Below, in pieces: positions 12,188 through 26,031 of a stretch of DNA of 64,000 nucleotides (position 1 is the first letter of the stretch; each line of letters begins with the position of its first letter). Source of the DNA: Eledone cirrhosa. Taxonomy: Eukaryota. A model generated the notes under the pieces. That model ran no database searches. It was not told the origin of the DNA and saw only the letters and a program-made list of their open reading frames with translations. Position numbers and translations under genes: made by a program. The stretch is taken from the NCBI GenBank assembly GCA_964016885.1, contig OZ024742.1:222270001-222334000 (forward strand), in the 5' to 3' direction.

Positions 12188-12202
12188 TATATATATATAT
12201 AT

Positions 12203-13448
12203 ACAGAATTTCTAACGTTTCATCTAACCAGGATGTATTCTATAAAAATGCGCCATTTTATAACGAAGCTTTAGCTAGAAGCGGCCACAAAAACAAATTA
12301 GTCTATATACCTTGCACCAATAATACTTCAAACATACAACCCAATATTACCAACAAACACCAAATGAAAAACACACACCTAAATGCCACTCACACTACAC
12401 CCAAAAATACCAACCTAAAACTTAATTTCTCTACCTCTTCTCACATAAAATATAATAACTTTCAAAAAACTATTCATCCTAATACTCCAATAAACGTTAA
12501 TAACATTACTAACAAAATTCCTAATAATCAGACTAAAACACCTAAATCAGTTAATCTAACTAAACCTATATATAATAAATTCACTAATAATAACTCTCTT
12601 AGTAAACATCCTGATACATCGTATAAATATAAAAAACAACATCGAAACCGTAATAGACTTGGTATAATGCTCCATCGAAACCGTAATAGACTTGGTATAA
12701 TGCTCCATTTAATCTACAAATTAAAGATAATATCCCTAAAAATTTGTTTTACTATCCTAGAGAAAAATTTCCTGCCAAACCATAAATATCATCAAATTTT
12801 AAATAGATCAACTGTCAAATTTTCTTACTCCACTACCAAAAATATATAACAAAATATAAGTGCGTACAATGCATATAAATGTAAAAAAACCCACGAATAT
12901 ACCACCAACACATCAAACCAACCATAATAATAAACCGCAACAAACCACCATCTCCTTCACATATAACAAGTCGAGTAAATTCCACACCAAATTTGACTAA
13001 CTCCCCTGATATTCACGAATGGTTTGTAACTGTAGAAACAAAAGAAATTGCCCATTAAAGGGAAATTGTCCTATTAATAACATAGTATATAAATGTAAAA
13101 TTACCACTAAGGACTCAACTTATTCATATATAGGAGCTACGTCTAACCAATTTAAAGTAAGATTTAATACCCACAAATATAGTTTTTTAAATGCCGCATT
13201 ACCTAATACAACATCCTTGGCTGAAACAATTAATAATTATAGAAAAAAGAATATCGATTACAACCTGACCTGGAGTGTGCTCAAAAGGGCCACCCCTTAT
13301 CAAAATAACATATGAGTGTAGATTATGCTACCAGGAACTTTTTGAAATAATGAAATCTAAGGATATCCTATTAAATAAGCGACAAGAATTAATTATATCT
13401 TGCAATCATAGAATTAGAAGAACTTTCAAATATTATAAACCTAATTAA
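12203..13448 (+). pseudogene. Penelope-like element ORF 3' part (RT thumb, linker Zn-knuckle, GIY-YIG endonuclease), frameshifted
   Basis: Motifs: RISNVSSNQDVF..APFYNEALARSG; W-Y-N-A-P-F; HKYHQILNRSTVKFSYS; CNCRNKRNCPLKGNC; IVYKC..YIGAT..FKVRFNTHKYSF; then after a frameshift CRLCYQE..LLNKRQELIISCNH. The pattern fits Naiad-type PLEs. An internal 33-bp duplication lies at 12640-12705. Confidence 0.9.
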
Positions 13449-14049
13449 TATACACCTTACACTAATATACACCTTACACTAGTTTAATTTCCTGTTATGA
13501 ATCTAGATTCCTTGTAGTCTATATAAGATTGGTATTTCTCACTACTACATTTATCCCAAAATTTTATTTTCCTTCGTTTTTAACAACATTCTTTAATAAC
13601 ATCTAATTCTTATTTATCACATCCATATGAATTAATATAAATTTATCCCTATAAGTATACCTATCAATTAATTTAATTTCTTGTTATAGATCTAAATTCC
13701 TTGTGTTTTAAATAAGATTGGTATTTCTCACTAACACCTTTACCCTAAAATGTTATTCTCTTTCGGTTTTAACATTAACATTATTCTTTAATAACATCAA
13801 ATTTTCGTGTACCCTTCACCGGCTTGACCTCTTTTCATCCCCAAAGTATTCTTTTCATTCAAAGATTTCTTTCCATTCAAAACTTAAGTTTGCATTCCTC
13901 TACCCCTAAATTAAATTTCTACTACTACTATTCTATCATCTTGACCTCTTACTACTTTTCTATTGGTCAATTCAAAACCTGTTCCCAAACAGACCTATTA
14001 TATTAAATCTTTGTTGGTTCTTTTCAATAAACAAATATCATTATTTCTG

Positions 14050-14228
14050 TGGATTAGCAGTATCGGTAGAGGGTCGGACGCCATGCTTTCCAGCATAGTT
14101 ACGTCCCTTTACGATCTGAGTTCAAATCCCGCCGAGGTTGACTTTGCCTTTCATCCTTACGGGGTCAATAAAATAAAGTACCAGTAATGCACTGAGTAAT
14201 TGCTGGCCTTGTGCCTAAAGTAGAAACA
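14050..14228 (+). mobile_element. SINE family C with 10-bp target-site duplication ATTATTTCTG
   Basis: TSD copies at 14040-14049 and 14229-14238 flank a full-length body. Confidence 0.9.
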
Positions 14229-14364
14229 ATTATTTCTGAAGACAGCATATATATATGTGAAGGTATGTATATTTCCTCTGATAGTTTGTAAAATTTTTAC
14301 ATAGATCTATATGATATACATACCAACACACATATATATCCTAGAAACGATCGTAAAATGATGA
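14229..14364 (+). ncRNA. Type I hammerhead ribozyme motif with ~100-nt stem II (Penelope pLTR)
   Basis: ATTATTT-CTGAAGA(14236-14242)-long stem II-GAAA(14344-14347)-C-GATC-GTA-AAATGATGA. Stem I is ATTATTT/AAATGAT. Stem II includes ATATATATGTG/CACATATATAT and GGTATGTATAT/ATATACATACC. Confidence 0.72.
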
Positions 14365-14402
14365 ATTTTTTAATATAAGGAACTTGTTCTTTGTTTTTAT
14401 TA

Positions 14403-14461
<59 letters not shown>

Positions 14462-14503
14462 ATGATATTAAATAAATGGAAACTATATTTATAAAACCAT
14501 ATT

Positions 14504-14567
14504 TATTCTATTATATATATATTTCAAGGGTACCAAAAATTTTGGTACGCTATCATCAGATAAAATA
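14504..14567 (-). ncRNA. Type I hammerhead ribozyme motif (same family as 57461-57526 and 57672-57737)
   Basis: Minus strand reads TATTTTAT-CTGATGA-TAGCGTACCAAAATTTTTGGTACCCTT-GAAA-TATATAT-ATA-ATAGAATA. Confidence 0.68.
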
Positions 14568-14879
14568 CGAAGTGTGTTTTATAAATGTTGACATAACCAA
14601 GGATAATATACCTTAACGTTTCAAGTTATCCCTATATATATTTATATATATAGAGAGAGAGATTCGCTCTTTTCTTTTCGTTATTATTACAGCTATCTCT
14701 ATTATCCCAACATCCAATAATTTCTTGTACCTTTATCTATGTCACTCACTTCTAGTCTATGAAATATTGCCTTATCAATAATCTAGGCCTATCATCGATT
14801 AGTGCAACATATGAACCAATCAGTTCACAGCATCCCTTCACAGAAACTCCGTACCTTGCAAATGTTGATTTTATAGTGT

Positions 14880-15330
14880 TCTTACATAATATTATGCAAG
14901 AACCTTTGTTAAGTTATGTTCCAAACACGAACTTAATGAGGAAAATTCTTGATTATTTAAAAAAAATATTTATTAGAAATGTGGTAATGAAAGGGTTAAG
15001 TTATGCACCAACTTAATAATGGAAAGTTATTTTACAAATTCTCTCCAAATTCTTGATTATTTTTTTAAATGATTTCTTGATTATTTTTTAAATGATTTAA
15101 AAATTATAGACTTTCATTAAAAATATGGTAACGAAAGAGTATTTATAATTTATCTAAAAAAAACTTCCATCATAATTTTATGTAAGAACCTTTGTTATGT
15201 TCCAAACACCAGCTTAATAATGAGAAAGTTATTTATATTTCTAAATCCTTGCAAATTTTCGATTATTTTCAAATTTATCTGGAAAATCAAAGGTAGTATT
15301 TTCATTAGAAATATGGTAACGAAAGTGTTA
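14880..15330 (+). repeat. Tandem partial copies of a dispersed TTAA-ending (piggyBac/Kolobok-like) repeat
   Basis: Unit CATAATTTTATGTAAGAACCTTTGTTAAGTTATGTTCCAAAC...ATTAGAAATATGGTAACGAAAGGGTTAA. It also occurs at ~24020-24350, 25620-25800(-), 28095-28215, 28380-28550(-), 47965-48362(-) and 62520-62985. Confidence 0.65.
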
Positions 15331-18300
15331 AATTTTAACAAACCGTTCACACATACAATAATTCTTATATCACTTAAAGATGATTCAACAGTCAAGGGAG
15401 ATAACCGATGCTTGCTTTCTTTTTATTACACGCTTTCACGGCTAATTTTAAAAAAAATCGATTCCACTTGCTTTGTCAATCAGACCTCCACTAGTTCGAA
15501 TGGTTTTAGCAGCAGTGTTTCATTTAAGGCTGTCTTTTTACATTGTATGATTATATCGTAGCACGATGTCTCATGTTTCAACAATTATTGAGGACGAAAT
15601 CGGAAAATCATTAATTTATTACATATCCGAGGTAGGTATATATGTTTAGACATATGTATATATATATACACACACACACACACTCATGTGTATGTATGTT
15701 TATATGTATTTATACGTCTAGAGAGTATGTAATACATTATCTACACGCACTCATACACATGGCCTATTTTTAACGCATTCATTACCGATTTTTAGTACGT
15801 TTTCCAAGCCTTCGTCTTTTCTGTTTATTATCTTTGAATGAAAATTTATATTTACTAATTCCCTAAACTCCCCATTATGTTTTCTCAGTTACAGGGCCCG
15901 TTTATTTTACATGGATATTATTTATTAATATTATTATTGCGGGGTTAGTATTTTAGAGAGGAATTAGTTAAGGAAGGGAGGTAGTAATTCGTTCGCACCC
16001 AACACGTGTTTGTCTTACTATATCTTTCGCTGAAACAGGAAGAGTAAATATGTAATAGAATACAGCCACGAATGAGAATGAATGAGTCGGAGATGAGAAG
16101 AGAAGAGTGAACGAGGAAAATAAGATAAAACGAGACCAGAGGCTTATAGAGGACTTTATATAATTACATATATACATACAATAAAGTGAGTCTTGCTACT
16201 CTGGAGTTTCGCCTATTTATCACGGTCATACACACACACACATATATATATATATATACATACGTACGTACGCACACATAAATAGTTGTAGGGGACCGAA
16301 ACACCTTGACTCCTGCGTCAGAGTACAGCAGTACCCGTGGCATACAAGTGTGTTTACTAAGTGTATACCCCTACAATTAAGTGTTTACACACACAAATCT
16401 CCCCCCTCCCCCCAATGTATACACACTTTGATTAAAATGCTATTGAAGTGGGTATGCATTTTTTGGGGACACCCTATATATATATATAAGCAAAGGGATA
16501 TTTAATTTGTTATATATATATATTGTTCGGTAGATATAGTGGAACCGGCTTCTTGCGATGAAATCTTTAACATTAAGCAAATAGGTTTGGGTGGGGGTCA
16601 CTAATTTTCATAACATTATCTGTGATTATAATAAGCGGATTCGACTAAACATAATAGAAGACTCAGCTTTGGATAAATATTATTGTACTCTACAAATATA
16701 GTATTTTAACCACCGTTTTCCATTTAACCCTAAATGCCCACCCTCTGTGTGTGTGTATATATATATATATATACACACAGAGGGGGGCATTTAGGGTTAC
16801 TTGTTCCAGCTTATGAGCTGAGGCCATGCTGGGGCACCACCATATACACCTAGATATAAACATATGTACATATACACACACATAGTTAAGGCAGTGCCTC
16901 GGCATGGCCTTAGTCTAATGATTGAAACCAGTAAAAGAGTATACATCCATAATTAATTTCATTAAGGACTATTTTCCAGTTGATTTCAAACGAATGGAAC
17001 ACTTCTAGTTCTGTATAAAATAATTCTTGTGCCTTTTCTCGTATTGAGTACCTTATTTATTCATTTTTTTCTTTACCAGTTAACTTACTTTTTCGTTACC
17101 TTCATCTAAATATTGTAGTTCCTTTATATTCCTCTTTAGAAAGCGGTTCTTTATTATAAATACTGAAGAATATTTAAACTTTACTTTAGTATTGAGTAAT
17201 CATTCTCACGTTCGTCAACATCACACGTATATATACATATACACACAGAGACGTGATACGGGAGAAAGTATGGTGCATCATCAATACCCTTATTTGATGT
17301 AACTAAACTGAGTGACTCGGTTGTATAACAAGGCACTTTCGCAATCACTCACTCACTGCCTTTGCCAACATATGTAAACACATACACGCGCACAGAAATT
17401 GTACACACACATTTTTATTGTAGTCCTTCCTTTTAGAATTAATCCTCCCCCTCTCTCTCTCTCTCTGTTTAATTTAAGTCAGTAAATTCTTTGTGGTGGT
17501 GGTGTGGTGTGTGTAATGTATTAAAACAATAAATCGTTTCTATGGAAGAATATATATATATATATATATATATACTATGTGAGTAGAATTTCGTGGATGG
17601 AAACTGCAAAAACCCGTCGTATAATATGTTTGCGTTTATGTCTGATAACTTAGCAGTTCGACAAAATAGAAATCGAAAAACAAACGCTGGAGTCAATAAG
17701 ATCAATCAGATCCTTTTCAAAGTGATACCCCAGCATGGCCGCTGTCTAACGACTGAAATCAATAAAAGAATATATCTAACATATAAGGTAGATACGCGGG
17801 CACCTTGCACCACAATAAAATCGTTAATCAGTGCGTGATACGAGGTGTGAAAAGTATAATAGTATTTAAGTTGATCAAGGATTTAAAAAAAGATATTTCA
17901 ATGCACACACCAAGGATACTGAGTACTGAGTGACGAATAAAACAAAGGGACAATAAATATTTGAAAACATGCAGATAGGCATATTTTTGTGGAGCAGGTG
18001 TGCCTAGTCTTGTGGTTCTAAACCCTTAAAAATATATATACATATAAATTATATATATATATAGAGAGAGAGAAAGAGAAATTCTGAAGAGGGCTGTTTT
18101 CAGTATCAGTGTACTTAAAACGTTTTCAAACAATTTTATGAGCCTTCAATACATGCGAACAAAGTGTGGTAAGATTTATTTTGTGTGTGTGTGTGTGTGT
18201 GTGATGATGATTTCATAAGAATGAAACAGTTCTAGTTCTGTAGATGTAATTTCTATATGAAATAAAGGTGTTTATACTTTTATCAATGTATTGATTACCT

Positions 18301-18344
18301 TCTGTAACTGTGGTCACCTCCCAATCACCTTCGGGAATCTACCT

Positions 18345-18448
18345 GTTATATATATATATATAAATGTTATATATATATATATATATTATATATATATATA
18401 TATTATATATATATATTATATATTATATATATATATTATATATATATA

Positions 18449-18497
<49 letters not shown>

Positions 18498-18582
18498 ATA
18501 TATATTATATATATATATATATATTATATATATATATATTATATATATATATATATATTATATATATATATATATATTATAT

Positions 18583-18650
<68 letters not shown>

Positions 18651-18678
18651 TATATATATAATATATATATATATATAT

Positions 18679-18761
<83 letters not shown>

Positions 18762-18767
18762 ATATAT

Positions 18768-18800
<33 letters not shown>
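18345..18800. repeat. (TA)n microsatellite with TTA interruptions
   Basis: Directly visible. Confidence 0.97.
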
Positions 18801-18801
<1 letters not shown>

Positions 18802-19005
18802 TATATATAACTCTAATTGTCTTTTGTTTTTAATTTAATTTGACATGACTTTTAACTTAGAGTTTCTTTCCCTTTTCTTTCAGGAGAGAAATTCTTATCA
18901 TTTTTTTTATATTTTGAAATTCAATTGCATATCAAATATAAAGTATTAAAAGGATTAATTAAACAAAAACAGGAAAAAGTTGGGAGGGTACACCTATATA
19001 GTTGT

Positions 19006-19049
<44 letters not shown>

Positions 19050-19161
19050 GCCGTTTTATGTAATAACAGCAAATCTAGACCACGAGTTATGAGGAAAAAA
19101 CAGTAATATTAGAGTGAAGATATTTCTTGCCTTACTTGTCTTTCCCTATCCCCCTCTCTCC

Positions 19162-19195
<34 letters not shown>

Positions 19196-20334
19196 ATATA
19201 TATAACACATACATACACACACATAGAGGAGGTATTGTAGGTACGAGTGTACACAGAACGTTTCAAACATTTACTGAATGAGCTCTTAATACACGTGAGC
19301 AGATTGTAGTAAGATTTATTTTAAAATCTATTTTCCGTCAGTCGAAAGAGGCATCAACGCCGAGACTTCGAAGTCGCTGGTATCTTTTTCTTCCTTATAA
19401 AATAAAATAATATATATATATATACATACACACATATACATATATACATACACATATATATATATATACACACACACATATATATACGCACGCATCTTGT
19501 ATATATATATATATATATATATATACATACACACACACGTACCACACACACATTCATATATATACATATTATCCATGTACACATATGCTCGTGTATTTGT
19601 ATATTCAGCCTAGACCCAACAACATCGCATGCTTCTCGATTATAACAAGGTCACGGCCGATTTCTGTAAATTTTGTCAACAACACATTCTATACTCCAGA
19701 ACAGAACAAAACAAAACACATTGGTCTTTTGTATAAATATATATAGACAAATATATATTTTTTTATTTTATAAAACTCTGACCAGTAATTATTTCTTTGT
19801 TAATTGTGTATCCGCATTTTCCCGCAAAAGATTACAGTAAGTCTAATTTTCCTTTTTCTTTCTGTCTGTCTTCAATAAGATTATTCATTCTTATTACAAC
19901 AATATTTCGTCTTCTTTCACTAACAAAAAGAAAAAAAAAAAATGAAATACAAAAACTCAGATTGCTTATTTATTTATCTTTTCATAAAACTTTTTTCCAC
20001 TTTCATTCCGTATATTTATCTGAATGCGATAATACATTAAAACATCTTTCAGAAGCAATCAGAGAAATAAGTTGCGCAAAGAAAGAAAGAAAAAAGAACT
20101 TTGTTTACTTTAAATTAAATTAAATTAAATTTATTATATAACTTTGTGATATTGAGGAGCTGTTCTTTGGAGTTTTTACACTCTAATCTTATTTTTGTCG
20201 ACGTTAGCAGAATTTAAAAAGGACTGCTTTTGTTGATATTTGTTTAGTCATTGGACGATAATAAAAGGCCCACCGCATGGTTAGTAATAAATGTGTTTTG
20301 AGTCGGCCACGTATGCCCTCTAAACTTGTGGTTA

Positions 20335-20405
<71 letters not shown>

Positions 20406-20434
20406 GTCGGTTCGTATTTATTTAGTCATAATAT

Positions 20435-20715
20435 ATGATATTCGCAAAAAGGAATAAGTTTAGGTCTTCGGTATTTATAGAAACGTGAGGCATATGTTTG
20501 ATAACAATCATTAAAGTCTCTGTTTATGTTCCTATGTAGTCAAAATAAATTTAATATTAACAAGGAAGAATAAGTTTAGATCTTCGAGTATTTATATAAA
20601 CGTTGGGCATATGATGGATAACATTAATTGCTGGATTTTACAGATATTTAAAAATAAATTTTAATATTCGCGGAAAGGAATAAGTTTAAGGCTTGGGCGT
20701 ATGCTTCATAACATT
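20435..20715. repeat. Degenerate ~115-bp tandem repeat, ~2.5 copies
   Basis: GAATAAGTTTAG(G/A)TCTTCG..TATTTATA.AAACGT..GGCATATG recurs at ~20452 and ~20568, with a partial third copy at ~20678. Confidence 0.65.
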
Positions 20716-21337
20716 ATCAACTGTGCCTTAGAGAAATTGAAGTATTTCGTTTTCATAGTATTTGTAAAATATAGATTTCTTTTTAAATCAATGCGTTTGT
20801 ATTATATTTCTCATTTATATTTCTTGGTGACAAAACGTTCGTCACTGTATGCAACCTGGTCATTGTTGACACAGTTCCACTACAAACAATGCGACGAAAA
20901 TGTTAACACTGAGAAATAAATGATAATATGAAGATAATTTAACAGATTTTCTGTGTTTTAAATAGTTAAAATTACTCTTCCACGATAGATGTAGTTCTTT
21001 TAGTTTAAATATACTATTTCAGATCAAGCCACTTGCTAGACAAGTACAACTCTGAAAAACTTGTTTATATCACAATGCACTATTTATTTGACCACGTTCG
21101 TTTTGAACCGGTTACTTTATAGTTATTTATGTATGTATTTAGTTATTTTTCCTCTTTAATAAGATTTGGTTGTTTAGAGTTAATCATTTCTTAATACTCG
21201 ATTTTTCTCTCAAAAGTGATCTAAGATATAATTAAAACATACGTTTACATACGTTTTGTTGACAATCGAGATTAGAGAGAAACCACATGAAAATCGGTTC
21301 TTAAAATATTATAATACTTAGAAATATTCACGCTTTA

Positions 21338-21432
<95 letters not shown>

Positions 21433-21632
21433 CGGTATCGAACTGCTAAGCTATATGAATATATATTATATTTATATAACGTAGCGGTTCGACAAAACGA
21501 GATCGAACTTGAAAAAAAAAAGGAACTGGGGTCGATATGATCGACTAAAGCCCGCCAGGGCAATGCCCCAGCATGGCCGCAGTCTTATGACTGCAATGAG
21601 TAAAATAATATAAAGATCACACACACACACAC

Positions 21633-21685
<53 letters not shown>

Positions 21686-21697
21686 TTCATACATGTA

Positions 21698-21891
21698 TGC
21701 GAAGAGGTGCTGAAAAGTTCCTGGCTTTGGGTAAAAGAAAATACAGATTAATTATGATTTTATTCAACATATTCCCCTCTCAGATTCACACACTTATTGT
21801 AGTGACCCTTCAGTTTTTCTAAGCCCTGTAAAAAGAACTCGGAAGGTTTGGGCCTCCGATCAAGCCAGGAACTTTTCAGCATTCCCTCGTA
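21698..21891. mobile_element. Mariner-type MITE
   Basis: TIRs CGAAGAGGTGCTGAAAAGTTCCTGGCT and AGCCAGGAACTTTTCAGCATTCCCTCG, with TA at the right end. Confidence 0.8.
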
Positions 21892-22145
21892 CATACATCC
21901 ATTCACATAGATATGCGCGCGCGCCAAAGATCCATACACACACTGAAATAATAGCCATGAGGGTTGGAGCCACTGGAGAGATTATTGTTAAATGTTTTTC
22001 TCTTGAATGGAAATTGTAAATACAACGAGAAATGAACCTTTCACATATTTTGTTGACTTTTCAGAAGAATGTAAATTTTAAATGTTTGTTATGTGTACAT
22101 AGTAACATCCAAGAATTGATTTTGCCAGTCTCCGTTATATATATG

Positions 22146-22186
<41 letters not shown>

Positions 22187-25100
22187 AAAAGTAAATAACA
22201 ACAACGAGTTACACACTTCGATTACCTGGACAGGCAATATTTATTAGAATGCTCTTGAAGTGTGTATACATTTTGGGAGGGCACCCTGTATATATATATA
22301 TATATGTATGTATGTATACACATATATCTCTAACATAGATATATATTGCGTGTGTGGGTTGTTAAAGAGGCGACTATATTCAAGTTTCACTCTATTAGAA
22401 CATTGTATTTTCTAATAAAATCTCTACTTCACACTCCGTTTGGAACAACAAAGTTCCTAAGTCTATAGTTTAATCGATGTTTCCAGACTTATGTTGTCTT
22501 TAACACACGTATTATTTTTTAAAAAAGCTGTTTTTTCCCTATATATATGACCCTGTGGACACATGGACGAAATTAGAGTAACAGGACACTAATACGACTT
22601 CAATTCAATTATTAATCTCTATGCTATTGAGTACTCTCGACCATCACTACTAAACACACACACACACATATATATATGTTTGTAACTACTCACTGGTGTA
22701 GTGTAGTATATACGTGGAAGATGTTTCTTCTGCTAAGCAGACCCTCTCAGAGTACAGCTGGCGTAACTTCCTTACGCCCGCCCGGCTGACACCAAAATGC
22801 GACCTTCACACGTCCTTGACATTTTCCTATCAGTTTCCAAACCTATTTAATTCACCATTAACTGTTATATATACTAAATTTCACTTTGAATGAGATTTTG
22901 AGGTGGGGCGGATTTTCTTATTATATATGAGAACATTTTCTGATATGTCTTTTTTTTAATATCTTAAAGGGGTAGATATTATATAATGCTTTTCTTTTTT
23001 TTTTTGTAAATTTATTCCCATTTCGTTGCCTTTTTAAAAACCAATTTAGTATATCATAAAGCTATTTAAATATATTTTACATATTTCATAATGAATAAAT
23101 TTCTCACTTTATTTTAACACTTGACTTATATGTAAAAAGGCTTTATTTATATAACCGAATTTGAAAAGATTTTGACTTTATAATTTTCTCAATATTATCA
23201 AGCGCGTGTTTAAAGGTCAAGGTGACAAACTGTTTTGTAACGATGTTTTCTTAAGAGATCATCATTTAAATATCAATAAATAATAGTAATTATTTTTACA
23301 AGGTTTATGTTTTATTGCAAAATACATTAATTATCTATAATTAAAAACTACGTTATTATAAATATATTTTAAAATTTACATATTTGATAAATGGATTATT
23401 GTTTAATTATATGTATCGCTTAAAATATTAAAAGGTCACAATTAACTAAACGGAAATATATGAACTCATTACACCTTGCATTGTGTCAGAGAATTAACAG
23501 AAAACATGTGTTTGTTAGTTAAACACGCACATTTTTCAACGTTCTTGTCCAGGAGATTAAATCCTATTGTAAATGAAAATACAATTAATCTGAGAAATAT
23601 TTTAAAGTTATATATATTCATTTTGTAACGATAATGATGACGCAACCTATTATGACTGTTGTTATTTTCTTGGGGTCTCAGTCATTGATCTTATTTTAGG
23701 TGCTGGTAGATTGATGTTATTTTAGGTGAATTGGTAGAGTGTCTGATAAAATACTATTGCGTTATTTGTTCTGACTATTAACATTCAGAATCTGTCCGAT
23801 GTCGATAAAATAAAGTACCAGTCAGTCGATATAATTGATATTCCTCCCCACCTCCCCTAATATTGCTGGCCTCGTGCCAATGTTAGAAAGAAATATTATT
23901 TCTCCACCTATACATGTTTATGTTTACTGTATTCTATATACAAGCCCATGTGGCTAATAAAGAAAGTATAATTATTAACACTGCATTGTAAACCCACCTG
24001 AAACCATCCCATGACACAAAACTCTCCATCATAATTTTATGTAAGAACCTTTAAGTTATGTTCCCAAAACCAGCTTAATTGTGAGAAAGTTCTATTACTA
24101 GGTCTACAAATTCTTTACTATTTTCAAAATTATATGATAATCAGTGTCTTTCATTAGAAATTTGGTAACAAGAGGGTTAAACTGTTTATATTTATCTAAA
24201 ACCGTCCATCTTAATTTTATGTAAGACCCTTTATTAAGTTATGTTCCTGATACCAATTTAATAACTAGAAAGTTATTTATATTACCAAATCTCTCCAAAT
24301 TCTTGATTATTTTCAATTTAAAAACCACAGATGTCTTTCATAAGAAATATAACGGTGTTTTTTTTTATTATTTTTTTAATTACACTATTTAATAATTTTC
24401 AATGATACGTTTTATAAGAAATATTTTTCTCGCGTTTTATACTTTCGTGAGAAAAGTAAAAACTCTTATATTTATAGAAGTTTAGTGTGGTGTGTGTCTA
24501 TCTTTCAATGTGAAGGTTTGTGTTATGTGTGTGAGAGATTAGTGTTTGTGTGATTAGTGTTGCGTGTGTATAGTTAGTGTTCTTTGCTTTGCAAGTGTCG
24601 GTTGCTTTGTATTAGTAAGTCTGTGTGTGTATTTATGAGATTAGTGTGTGTGTGTATGAAATTAGTGTTGTGTGTGTGTGTGTGTATGTATCAAATTAGT
24701 GTTGTATGTGTGGTTAGTGTCAATTGCATTGTAAAGTCTAAGTAAAAAGCGCCAGTCAGTCAATGAAGAGTCAGTTTATAAACTCATTGGCAATATTTGG
24801 TGGTCGGAAGCAGCAGTGATTGTTCATAATGACATAATTTTTTTCTTTCTTTTTGTCACATCACCATCACATGTCAACTCAGCAGCAACATGGCCGTCTA
24901 GCTATCTTACTATACAGTTTAGACTCTCTCTCTCACTCACACACGTGTTTTAGACTTATGAGTGTGTGGTGTGGTGTAGTGTGTCGGTGGACGTGGTAGG
25001 GTGTGTGTGTAGTATAGTGTGGCGTGTGCCTGTATTGTGTGGTGTTGTGTATGTGATAATGTGTGGTGTCGGTGTGTGTGGTATGGTGTAGTGTGTTGTT

Positions 25101-25820
25101 GTGTTGTGGCGTGTGCGGTAGTATGAGTGTGTGTGTAGCATGTACATTATGTTTAATCACACGCACATGTCGTGTATTTTGATCTGTCGTGTGTATATGT
25201 GTATCAATGTGAGGTATGTGTATCAGTGTGTGTTTCAATGTGTGGTGAGGTTTGCGCCAGTGAGTCGTGTGGTTTGTGTGTCAGTGGTTTGTGTGTGTAT
25301 GTGTGTCAGTGTGTGATGCAGAACTAGTTCCATGCCACCACACAACTACAACATCACACACATTTAGCGCTATTATTGATTACACCTCACATCTCCTGCT
25401 GAAAGGATGTGGTTAAAATAATTCTATATATTCTATCGATATCTCTGTTCATTATTCATCAATACATAGTAGCCTTTCATCTTTACCCTACATGAGCAGT
25501 ATAGAGTATTGATCAATTCCCAGCAACGTGAGATCAAATCTTGGGTAGAATCATGCCTTAAAGACCTGTAAGAAGACTATATCTACAACAGCAAGGTGTT
25601 TTAGGCAGTTTGGTACCAAAAGGTTTAATCTTTTTAATATTTCTGTGAATTTACACTACTTATCTTTTTCAGTTAATTTTGTTAAACAATCAAGAATTTA
25701 GCGGGATTTAGTAAAATAACTTTTTCATAATTATGTTCATGTTTGGAACATAACTTAACAAAAAAGAGTCTTACATAAAATTATAATGGGAGGCCTTAAC
25801 TGATGAATGGATCTCTTAAC

Positions 25821-26031
25821 TTAACCCATTAGCATTTATACTATTGTATTTTTGTGGTAAAGGCTTTATCTTGCATAATATCTCACATATTGAATCTACG
25901 AGATTTTGATGTTATTTATTTTGAGAACAACACCTTAACATCAGTATGAGCAGCTGGTTACGGCCGGTTTGAACAGAAAGAGGTGGGAGAATTCTGGTCG
26001 GATATGGCCGGTTTAAATGCTAAAGGGTTAA
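25821..26031. mobile_element. piggyBac-like MITE (TTAA TSD, TIR CCCTTTAGCATTTA)
   Basis: TTAA-CCCATTAGCATTTA ... TAAATGCTAAAGGG-TTAA. Confidence 0.8.

Noticed and set aside
13300-13335. In-frame TGA in the GIY-YIG ORF as a possible selenocysteine codon (reported for some Naiad PLEs)
   Set aside because: The TGA is followed two codons later by TAG, and the conserved CRLC continues in another frame, so this is a frameshift. The conserved Cys positions use TGT/TGC.
14600-14635. GAAACGTTAAG half-motif on the minus strand resembling the 62.3-kb hammerhead
   Set aside because: The CUGANGA half is missing, replaced by a microsatellite.
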